This document shows positions 31,893 through 39,304 of a stretch of DNA of 64,000 nt, one piece after another. Below the pieces are notes generated by a model. It was given only the letters and a program-made list of their open reading frames with translations. It made no database searches and was not told the DNA's origin. The stretch is from an uncultured Rikenellaceae bacterium (lineage in GTDB: Bacteria > Bacteroidota > Bacteroidia > Bacteroidales > VadinHA17). Where the stretch lies: the NCBI GenBank assembly GCA_964525415.1, contig CAZGGZ010000001.1:6284-70283 (forward strand), given 5' to 3'. Every line of letters starts with the position of its first letter. Position 1 is the stretch's first letter. The translations under genes and the position numbers were made by a program.

Positions 31893-32579
31893 TTATTCCG
31901 TTGTTTCGTCCGAAACAACCTTCCCATCCTCAAGTGTAATAACCCTGTGTGCCATTTTAACAACCCTCGGATCATGAGTAGAGAAAATGAAGGTGATTTT
32001 TTCTTCGTGATTGAGTTCATGCATTATTTCCAGCAATGTAGTGGCTGATTTTGAATCAAGATTTGCGGTCGGTTCATCAGCAAGTACAAACTTTGGCTTT
32101 GAAGCGAGGGCTCTGGCCACTGCTACTCTTTGCTGCTGTCCACCTGATAATTTTGACGGTCTGCTGTCAGCCCTTTCGGCCAGACCAACTGCTTTAAGCA
32201 GTTCAAATGTCCGTTCATTCCTTTTCCTTGCAGTTACTTTCTGAAGCGACATTATAAATTCAATATTCTCTTTTGCTGTAAGTACCGGGATCAGGTTATA
32301 TGCCTGGAATACAAATCCTATATTCCTCATCCTGAAGTCAATAAGATCTGATGACTTCAGTTTTGAAAGGTCTACTCCATCAACAAGTATCTGTCCTGAT
32401 GTGGGATAATCCAGTCCTCCGAGAAGATTAAGAAGTGTCGTCTTCCCCGATCCCGAGGGACCCACTATCGCTGCAAATTCTGCCTCCTGGAAATCAAGTG
32501 TAACGCCATCCACTGCATGCACCTTGACTTCAGATGAATTATATATTTTGTGCAGTTCTTTAATTTCTATGACTTTCAT
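31893..32579 (-). CDS. ABC transporter ATP-binding protein, LolD/MacB type
   Basis: Walker A GPSGSGKTT, signature LSGGQQQRVAVARAL and Walker B VLADEPT. Confidence 0.95.
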   Translation of the reverse strand: MKVIEIKELHKIYNSSEVKVHAVDGVTLDFQEAEFAAIVGPSGSGKTTLLNLLGGLDYPTSGQILVDGVDLSKLKSSDLIDFRMRNIGFVFQAYNLIPVLTAKENIEFIMSLQKVTARKRNERTFELLKAVGLAERADSRPSKLSGGQQQRVAVARALASKPKFVLADEPTANLDSKSATTLLEIMHELNHEEKITFIFSTHDPRVVKMAHRVITLEDGKVVSDETTE

Positions 32580-32600
32580 GATTTTATTTATTTCTGGTTA

Positions 32601-34028
32601 TTATTCTGTTCGTATCGCTTCGATAGGATTTAACCTCAGCGCTTTCCGTGCAGGGTAAATTGCTGCAATTATTCCTGTAAGCACAATAAGAATAGTTGTT
32701 GTAACAAAGAACTGGGCATCAATGGCGGGAAAGAGGTGAGCTGAATAACCCATTGCCTCCATTCCTTCAGAATATTTCACCAGGTTAATGCCTGTTCTGC
32801 CCGTAATTGCAATTACAATTTCACTTACAGCCATTCCAGCAAAACCTCCTACAATTGACAGGAAAATTGATTCCAGCATTATCATCAGGAATATTTTTCT
32901 GCGGTTCATCCCTATTGCCATAAGCATTCCCAGTTCCCTCGTCCTTTCCAGAACTGCCATCAGCATTGTATTTACGATTCCGAAAGCTAAAGCCGCAAGT
33001 ATCAACACCATAAAAACAGCGTAGATCTGATCAATAAAATCAGTGATCATTGCCAGGTCGGGTTGAATTTCCTTCCAGTTGAGCACTTCATAATCCGGAA
33101 GTTTTTCTCTTATTACAGGAGTTATATTATTTGTAATGTCATTATTTTCAAGCCTGCCAATAACCCTGTGAAAAGTACCTTCCTTCATGCCTGTAAGCTG
33201 CCTCAGCTCATCAATGGGAACAAACAGTGAAAACGATTCGAACATATCATTGTTTGTCCTGAATATGCCGCTTACCCTGAATGCCGCACCTGTCTGATTA
33301 TTATTTATATCAAGGAATGAAAGGATGATCTTCGATCCCTCCCTGTATGACCAGGCTGCTTCCTTAATCTTCCAGCCGTATTTCTGTATCTCATTTGTTT
33401 CCAGTATTTTTTCGTATGCTTTTACAAACTTTTTATCTGAGGTAAATCGTTGACCCAGGAGTGTTTCAATTTTAGTTAAAATATCTTCCGGTATTCTTTC
33501 TTCCCTTAGTGATGCTATTGCTTCGGGGGTTAAGATATACCTGATAATATTAAGTTCTTTCGCCAGTTTCTCGCCGATAAATACCGTATTGTATTTAGTT
33601 TCTGTCTCAAAAAAGCTTCCTGTTCCGGGTATAATCTTTTCGGATAATGTGAATATTTCCTTTTCCTTCTCAACATCAATACCAGTAATTTCGACACCCG
33701 AGCTCTTGGTAGCGGTTGAGGCTATACCCCTGATTATTATCCTTCCGGTTGCTTTGGTTACACCCTGTGTAGATTGCAGTGCGCCAACAACTCCGGTATA
33801 ATCACTTATTGTATTCTGAATGTCGGCACTGCTGCGGAAATCCTTGTTGTTCACCTGAATGTGGGAAAGCTCATCGTTAACTGCAGCATCAATTCTCTGC
33901 ACAACGGAGCTGTTTATTGCGGCCATTGAGAAAATTCCTGCGAAAACACCTATTGTCACCGCAATGATGACTATCAGGCTTCTCGTTTTATTTCTCCATA
34001 TGTTTTTCCAGGCTATTGAAGTGATCAT
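32601..34028 (-). CDS. ABC transporter permease, FtsX/MacB/LolC-E type (large periplasmic loop)
   Basis: 475 aa: TM1, then an approximately 270-aa periplasmic domain, then 3 C-terminal TM helices (FtsX fold), ending RLNPIEAIRTE. Confidence 0.9.
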   Translation of the reverse strand: MITSIAWKNIWRNKTRSLIVIIAVTIGVFAGIFSMAAINSSVVQRIDAAVNDELSHIQVNNKDFRSSADIQNTISDYTGVVGALQSTQGVTKATGRIIIRGIASTATKSSGVEITGIDVEKEKEIFTLSEKIIPGTGSFFETETKYNTVFIGEKLAKELNIIRYILTPEAIASLREERIPEDILTKIETLLGQRFTSDKKFVKAYEKILETNEIQKYGWKIKEAAWSYREGSKIILSFLDINNNQTGAAFRVSGIFRTNNDMFESFSLFVPIDELRQLTGMKEGTFHRVIGRLENNDITNNITPVIREKLPDYEVLNWKEIQPDLAMITDFIDQIYAVFMVLILAALAFGIVNTMLMAVLERTRELGMLMAIGMNRRKIFLMIMLESIFLSIVGGFAGMAVSEIVIAITGRTGINLVKYSEGMEAMGYSAHLFPAIDAQFFVTTTILIVLTGIIAAIYPARKALRLNPIEAIRTE

Positions 34029-34038
34029 GTCTTTATTT

Positions 34039-35454
34039 TTAAGCTCTCATAGCATTTATAACATTCATCCTGAAAATTTTGCGGGTACTGAATATAATTG
34101 CGATCGCAATAATTATCAGTACAACCACGATCTGCCACAGGTAAAAAGTATCAGGCAGCATTGTGGGCATAACCGGCTCGAATCCGTAGTCCTCGTACAT
34201 GCGGGCAAACTCGCCGGTAAACCTCAGAGGATGATAATACCCATAAAACACAAACGGCAGTGACGCGGCAACACCTGCAGCGACGCCGAGAAAACCGATA
34301 AAAAGCATTTCCAGCGATAAGACAGTTGCCAGTTTCTTTTTCTTCATTCCAATTGAAACCAGCATTCCGAATTCCCTCCTTCTTTCAGCCATCATCATTA
34401 GCACTGTCCCGAAGACTCCGAAGGCGATTACCATATAAAGTACGGCTATCATTATCATTCCGCTCCTGTTGTCAGCTTCCATCTGGTTGACCATCAGCGC
34501 ATTCAGTTCCTGCCATGTCTTAATGATCATTGGTTCAGAGACGATTTTCTGCAGTCGTTTTCCGGTTTGCGAAATATCATCGTCCCCGTTCCTGTTAAGG
34601 CTTATTACTGCTGAAGTTGCCATACCGGGAGCTGCATAAAGTTCCCTTGCAGTTTCGATAGGAATGTAAACGATAACATTATCAATATCCGGCGCAGGCA
34701 GCTTAATAATGCCTTTAACCGCATATTTGCCTGCTGCAGTTGTGCCATGGTAACCCTGACCCATTAAAACAATTGTATCACCGATGCCGGCTTTAAGATA
34801 TTCAGATAGTCCGTCACCTATTACAACTTCGCCGGCACTGGTTCCTTCCAGGAAAGCATTTCTGAAGGAAGCATGTTTCCTGATCACCGGAAGAATGGCG
34901 GCACTGTCTTCATCACTTATACTGAGATCAAGCATAAGACGAACCTCGCTCGAATAGGCTTCATTTCTGAAAATATCAAGAAGCTTCTTTGTGCGATCGG
35001 GCAGTGTGTCATTTTTTAATGCTTCAACCGCAACGGGAGTAAGTTTGTATTTAACCATTTTGTTACTGACATTCATGACTTTATCTTCACCCCTGGGATC
35101 AATGCCCAGCACAATAGCTCCCTGTGTATGACTCCCTGAAGCTGCAAGCGCAAATGATTCAAGTCTTGGAACAACAGTAATTACGTTTGGATCCTCTTTA
35201 ATCTGATCTATTAAAGCGTTGTCAATCTCAAAGCTGTAATCAATATTCGGATCATCAAAATAATCCACATGCTGCAATTGCAAATACCCGCTGTACGATT
35301 CAATCACATTCTTGAACATCCTGTCGTAGGCACCGAGCTGGAATGAACGCATGACCAGGGCAAAGAAGACGGCAAAAAATACCGAAGCTGCAGTGATCAG
35401 GGTTCTTCTCCTGTTTCGCCAGAGGTTTTTCCATGCAAGCTGATAGTCTTTCAT
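34039..35454 (-). CDS. ABC transporter permease, FtsX/MacB/LolC-E type (paralogue of previous)
   Basis: 471 aa with the same architecture; LAWKNLWRNRRRT at the N-terminus and a C-terminal FtsX domain. Confidence 0.9.
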   Translation of the reverse strand: MKDYQLAWKNLWRNRRRTLITAASVFFAVFFALVMRSFQLGAYDRMFKNVIESYSGYLQLQHVDYFDDPNIDYSFEIDNALIDQIKEDPNVITVVPRLESFALAASGSHTQGAIVLGIDPRGEDKVMNVSNKMVKYKLTPVAVEALKNDTLPDRTKKLLDIFRNEAYSSEVRLMLDLSISDEDSAAILPVIRKHASFRNAFLEGTSAGEVVIGDGLSEYLKAGIGDTIVLMGQGYHGTTAAGKYAVKGIIKLPAPDIDNVIVYIPIETARELYAAPGMATSAVISLNRNGDDDISQTGKRLQKIVSEPMIIKTWQELNALMVNQMEADNRSGMIMIAVLYMVIAFGVFGTVLMMMAERRREFGMLVSIGMKKKKLATVLSLEMLFIGFLGVAAGVAASLPFVFYGYYHPLRFTGEFARMYEDYGFEPVMPTMLPDTFYLWQIVVVLIIIAIAIIFSTRKIFRMNVINAMRA

Positions 35455-35487
35455 GTCATTTAAATAAATTTCAGTTCCTATTTGAAT

Positions 35488-35541
35488 GTTGCTTGTTACT
35501 TGTTACTTGTTATTTTGAACCAGCAACCAGCAACTAGTAAC
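35488..35541. repeat. Imperfect 24-bp inverted repeat built from heptamer tandem repeats
   Basis: The left arm is GTTG(CTTGTTA)x3 and the right arm is A(ACCAGCA)x2 ACTAGTAAC. 18 of 24 positions pair, with periodic mismatches and the loop ATTTTG. It lies in the 92-nt spacer between the LolA-like gene and the first permease gene. Confidence 0.6.
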
Positions 35542-35546
35542 TATTT

Positions 35547-36311
35547 TCACCTGATTGTCTTCATATTCTGTTGTGAGAAAAAGCTCTCTTCCAGATTTAT
35601 ATTGAATTTCATCTCAACTATTCTCAGAATGGTTTTCTGTCCTTCCGTTTCAGCAGGAACGAGTTCAATCAGGGTTGGAAGAAGCCTGCCGTCAAGGATC
35701 TTAAGATCAGATGCAGTTTCAGATCGCACCAGGTATCCATCCTCGTCGTACAGCTCAGCCTTAAGTGCAATAAATTCCTTTTTATCCACCCACCATACCT
35801 GTGACCCCCAGAGGATATCGGCATCTTCCCTGGCTGTCAGCCTTATCTTATAGCACGGGTGCCCGTCAACTGCTTCCTCTCCCTCCGGTGAATGAGTATA
35901 ATCATCAACCACTGAAGATTCCCTGAGAATATCATCATTGGTATAGTCTGAGCCCATCCATCCCTGCGACATCATTGAAGGGGGAAGCTTTATCAGCCTG
36001 TTTATCGCCGGATTCCAGCTCCACATTTCGTTTTTGCGTTTTAAAAACGACTGCCCTTTTTCACGTGCAGGGGCTGTAATGAGAGTCAGAGCATAATCAT
36101 CCTCCTTTGCCCATGATTTGAATTCCACAGTTCTCTGCCAGGCTGGTCTGACTATGGTCATGGTCATCACGCTGTAGCCCGTCTGCTCGCCTTTGAACTT
36201 TTCATCAGCCTTCCTGACAATTTCTGTGGCTGACAGATTCTGCGCTTCCAGACATGGGCCCATCGCTGTTAAAATAATCAGTGAAAAAACCGGTTTTAAG
36301 CTTCTTTTCAT
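35547..36311 (-). CDS. Periplasmic LolA-like outer-membrane lipoprotein-sorting protein
   Basis: Signal peptide MKRSLKPVFSLIILTAMGPCLEAQ. The family-typical pattern is ATEIVRKADEKF...MTMTIVRP...MWSWNPAINRLIKLPPSMMSQGWMGSDYTNDDIL (LolA_like, from memory). Confidence 0.7.
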   Translation of the reverse strand: MKRSLKPVFSLIILTAMGPCLEAQNLSATEIVRKADEKFKGEQTGYSVMTMTIVRPAWQRTVEFKSWAKEDDYALTLITAPAREKGQSFLKRKNEMWSWNPAINRLIKLPPSMMSQGWMGSDYTNDDILRESSVVDDYTHSPEGEEAVDGHPCYKIRLTAREDADILWGSQVWWVDKKEFIALKAELYDEDGYLVRSETASDLKILDGRLLPTLIELVPAETEGQKTILRIVEMKFNINLEESFFSQQNMKTIR

Positions 36312-36317
36312 TGCCGT

Positions 36318-36959
36318 TTATTTAAATAGCTCAATAATTTTATTGACTTCATTTTCATAATCAATCTCTTCGCTGTCGTCCGCATAGATAGCTGTAATAG
36401 CAAAACCCTTGATCGTTATCAGGAACATCTGGATTTCAAGCATCGGATTATAATTATCTCCCTTTATTATTTTCTTCCGCATGAAATAATCTGTAATCAT
36501 TTTCATGATCCTTGAAGCAAAAAGGTCTTCCCTCGGCTTAATTCCGGATTTGATCAGTGATTCAGATCCCAGGAATGAATTCAAAAACTGCTTTCTCACA
36601 TCACTCTGCATGAGAATCTGAACAAACAACCTCCAGAATGATCTTTTCTCCTTAAGAATTACTGATATTCTTCTTACAAAATATTCAAACTCATCTTCTG
36701 AAAGATACCCGTCCCTGTTAATGTCAAAATCCTGGTAAATTTCCATTACGGATCTTTCGATGATGGCTTTCAGCAGATCGTCCTTGCTCTTGAAATAATT
36801 ATACATGAGTCCTTTAGAGATCCCAGCATGCTGTGCAATATGATTTATTGTCGTAGCATGATAACCTTCCTTTGCAAAATGTTCAAGGGCAGTATCCATT
36901 ATCAGGGCTCTTTTCTCTTCCCTGATCTCTTCAAACTGCCTTGGTGTCCTTGGTGACAT
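36318..36959 (-). CDS. TetR/AcrR-family transcriptional regulator carrying a canonical EF-hand loop
   Basis: HTH region TTINHIAQHAGISKGLMYNYFKSKDDL, and an EF-hand loop DINRDGYLSEDE at 36690..36725. The start was moved to ATG 36959 because the track start is a TTG inside the promoter/operator. Confidence 0.9.
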   Translation of the reverse strand: MSPRTPRQFEEIREEKRALIMDTALEHFAKEGYHATTINHIAQHAGISKGLMYNYFKSKDDLLKAIIERSVMEIYQDFDINRDGYLSEDEFEYFVRRISVILKEKRSFWRLFVQILMQSDVRKQFLNSFLGSESLIKSGIKPREDLFASRIMKMITDYFMRKKIIKGDNYNPMLEIQMFLITIKGFAITAIYADDSEEIDYENEVNKIIELFK

Positions 36960-36960
36960 G

Positions 36961-36988
36961 TCTTTGATTGAACGGTTAGTCAAAGATA
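36961..36988 (-). promoter_or_regulatory. -7 box overlapped by an inverted repeat (candidate TetR operator)
   Basis: The minus strand reads TATCTTTG (36981..36988). The inverted repeat TCTTTGA-N12-TCAAAGA (36961..36986) ends 1 nt upstream of the ATG. Confidence 0.4.
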
Positions 36989-37251
36989 AAACATAAATAT
37001 CATTACTTCCAAATTTTTTCCATGTTTTTTTATTCCCGATTTACGGAATTAGATTTATGATCTGCAAAATGCATTGTATAATTCACCGGATGAAAATTGA
37101 AATTCCCGTGAAGGTCAGCTTTAAATTCTACTTGATCCGCAACATTCAATTTGTCATTCCGTTATCCCTGGGACCTATTATTTGGAATCCCGTTTCAATT
37201 ATTAAAAAAAGATTTTCTATCTTTATCAGTTGTACCTAAAAAGAAATTACA

Positions 37252-38664
37252 ATGGCAAGTCTCAAGTTTCTTCTGGGAATGATCCCGTCAACCGCTAAAA
37301 TTGAACAGGCTGAAAAGGCATTGGTAGCTGAATTCGATAAGCTTAATGCGTTTGCAGAGTCAGATACCCTGAAAAAATATACCGAGCTGAAAGAGCTGGT
37401 CACCTCGTCTGATTTCATTCAGAAAAAGAAAGGAATTGAGTCGCTCAGCTTCAGGGGTTCAGAGGAATGTGCAAAAGAAAAAGAGTTCCTCTCCCTCCAG
37501 AAAGCTAAAGATATCGTACTCTATTTCAGAACTGTTTCGGGACCGGCTTTAAAGAAATTCAGGGAGCTTGACGGTTCTGATAAGATAGCCGGTTATGAAT
37601 CCCTTGAAAAACTCGTTCAGTCCATGGAATTCAGGGAAAAAATGAAGACAAAAGAATTCAAGGGATCTGATGAGGACAAAAAGCTCCAGGAATTCAACAG
37701 GCTGAAATCAAGTTCAGAGATTAAGGATTTTTATACATTCAGGAAATCAAAAGAGTATGCCAATTTCCTGAACACCGACGGCTCAGCAAGACTTGCCCGT
37801 TACAATGAGCTCAAGGAATATGTCGCCTCAAACGAATTCAAGGAAAGGAAAAACTATCTGCTCGATAAGAAAAGATTTGAAAAATCTGAAATGTTCAAAC
37901 AACTCCAGGAATATGACAAGCTGGCAAAGAACGAGGATATCCTGTGGTACTTCAAGGTTAAGGATTCAAATAAATTTGATATCCTGAAAAACAGGGAGCT
38001 GATATTCAGTGATGAATTTGAAGGTGATAAACTTGATACTAAGAAATGGCTCACAAACTATTACTGGGGCGATAAATTGCTTAAAGACAATTATACGGTG
38101 GGAAATGATCTCCAGGCATATACTGAAAAGGACAACTTTGAGATCCGCAACAGTCTTCTCAAGATAATCACCAAACCCCAGAAGAAAGAGGGAAAGGTTT
38201 GGAGCACGGATGGTTTCAAAACAAAGGAATTTGCCTTTACATCAGGGATTGTAAATACCGGAAACAGCTTCAGACAGAAATATGGCACCTTCTCAGCAAA
38301 AATCAAACTCGGGAATCCGGCTGCCAAAAGCGCATTCTGGATGCTTGCCGAAAAGATAACTCCTCATATCGATGTTTGCCGCACAGGTAACGGAAAAGTT
38401 CAGTTTGATCACTTTGCGGCAATAGATAAAAAAGCAAAAGGATCGGTCGGCTCAAAATATGCAAATGATTTCTTCATTTTTACTCTTGAGTGGACTCCCG
38501 ATAAGCTTGTATGGAAAGTAAATGATACTGTAGCATTTGCTCAGACAACGGATGTTCCTCAGGAACCAATGTATATTCTGTTTTCCGGTGGTCTTGACAA
38601 ACCGGTCGGCAGCATGACTGCAATGGAGATCGACTGGGTGCGGGTATATCAGCCGAAGAAATAA
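37252..38664 (+). CDS. GH16-fold (concanavalin-like) protein lacking the catalytic glutamates, with N-terminal helical repeats
   Basis: 470 aa. The C-terminal domain is FSDEFEGDKLDTKKW...FWMLAEKITPHIDVCRTG...FTLEWTPDKLVWKVND...IDWVRVYQ, and the GH16 ExDxxE position reads HIDVCR. The N-terminal 250 aa consist of about 70-aa Y/F-x-ELKE-type repeats. No signal peptide. Confidence 0.8.
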   Translation: MASLKFLLGMIPSTAKIEQAEKALVAEFDKLNAFAESDTLKKYTELKELVTSSDFIQKKKGIESLSFRGSEECAKEKEFLSLQKAKDIVLYFRTVSGPALKKFRELDGSDKIAGYESLEKLVQSMEFREKMKTKEFKGSDEDKKLQEFNRLKSSSEIKDFYTFRKSKEYANFLNTDGSARLARYNELKEYVASNEFKERKNYLLDKKRFEKSEMFKQLQEYDKLAKNEDILWYFKVKDSNKFDILKNRELIFSDEFEGDKLDTKKWLTNYYWGDKLLKDNYTVGNDLQAYTEKDNFEIRNSLLKIITKPQKKEGKVWSTDGFKTKEFAFTSGIVNTGNSFRQKYGTFSAKIKLGNPAAKSAFWMLAEKITPHIDVCRTGNGKVQFDHFAAIDKKAKGSVGSKYANDFFIFTLEWTPDKLVWKVNDTVAFAQTTDVPQEPMYILFSGGLDKPVGSMTAMEIDWVRVYQPKK

Positions 38665-38688
38665 CCCCCGTCCCCCTAAAGCGGGACT

Positions 38689-38704
38689 GCCCCCTGAAGG
38701 GGGC
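38689..38704 (+). terminator. GC-rich hairpin downstream of the GH16-like gene
   Basis: GCCCCC-TGAA-GGGGGC is a perfect 6-bp stem 25 nt after the stop, preceded by a second small hairpin GTCCC...GGGAC. There is no U-tract. Confidence 0.4.
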
Positions 38705-38770
38705 TCAAAACCTGAATTACCCATGTATCCCTTGTTTTTCGGAAGCCCGAAGGGCAGGGTGTTCATTATC

Positions 38771-38797
38771 TGTAACTTTTTTCGTTTTTATCCGTCT
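38771..38797 (+). promoter_or_regulatory. ECF-type promoter (TGTAAC-N16-CGTCT) upstream of the ECF sigma gene
   Basis: GTAAC lies at 38772..38776 and CGTC at 38793..38796, 16 nt apart and about 20 nt upstream of ATG 38817. This resembles the generic ECF GAAC/GTAAC...CGTC autoregulatory pattern. Confidence 0.4.
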
Positions 38798-38816
38798 TTA
38801 TCCCGTAAACTGGTTT

Positions 38817-39302
38817 ATGACAGTAGAAGAATATAACAGATCTGTTGAAGAATATGCTGATTCTGTTTACCGCTTCATCCGTGCAGATTTAAAGGATGAT
38901 GACCGGGCAAATGATATTGTTCAGGACAGCTTCGAAAAGCTATGGAGACACGTGGCGGAGATAGAATTTGTGGTTGCTAAATCGTGGTTATTTTCAACTG
39001 CTTATCATGCAATGATTGACATCATCAGGAAAGAAAAGAGAATGACGGTCCTTGAAGATTTCCGGGAATATGACCTGTTGCACGAATCTCAGTATTCCGA
39101 TCTTAACGAAATACTTCATTCGGCTCTGGAAAGGATACCCGAACAACAAAGAACCGCACTTCTGTTGCGTGATTATGAGGGATATAGTTATAAAGAGATA
39201 GGTGACATAACAGGAATGACAGAGGCACAGGTTAAAATATCCATTTACAGGGGCCGGATAGCCCTCAGAAATTATATTGGTAAAATTGAAACTGTTCTTT
39301 AG
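38817..39302 (+). CDS. ECF (sigma-70 family, group 4) RNA polymerase sigma factor
   Basis: 161 aa with region 2 (DIVQDSFEKLW) and the region 4 HTH (YSYKEIGDITGMTEAQVKISIYRGR). Confidence 0.9.
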   Translation: MTVEEYNRSVEEYADSVYRFIRADLKDDDRANDIVQDSFEKLWRHVAEIEFVVAKSWLFSTAYHAMIDIIRKEKRMTVLEDFREYDLLHESQYSDLNEILHSALERIPEQQRTALLLRDYEGYSYKEIGDITGMTEAQVKISIYRGRIALRNYIGKIETVL

Positions 39303-39304
39303 CC

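Noticed and set aside
35488-35541. Heptamer tandem repeats as a possible CRISPR or MITE fragment
   Set aside because: The repeat unit is only 7 nt with no spacers, there are only 3 copies per arm, and there are no terminal inverted repeat/target duplication structure or cas genes. It is reported as a structured intergenic element instead.
37057-37239. 60-aa ORF in the 268-nt spacer upstream of the GH16-like gene
   Set aside because: The AT-rich, Ile/Phe/Lys-heavy translation is typical of random intergenic ORFs. It has no promoter-like motif in front and ends inside the next gene's leader.
38452-38766. 104-aa minus-strand ORF spanning the GH16-like 3' end and the GC-rich intergenic hairpins
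   Set aside because: Its P/G-rich N-terminal half is simply the reverse reading of the C-run/G-run hairpins. The rest is antisense to a well-supported CDS.
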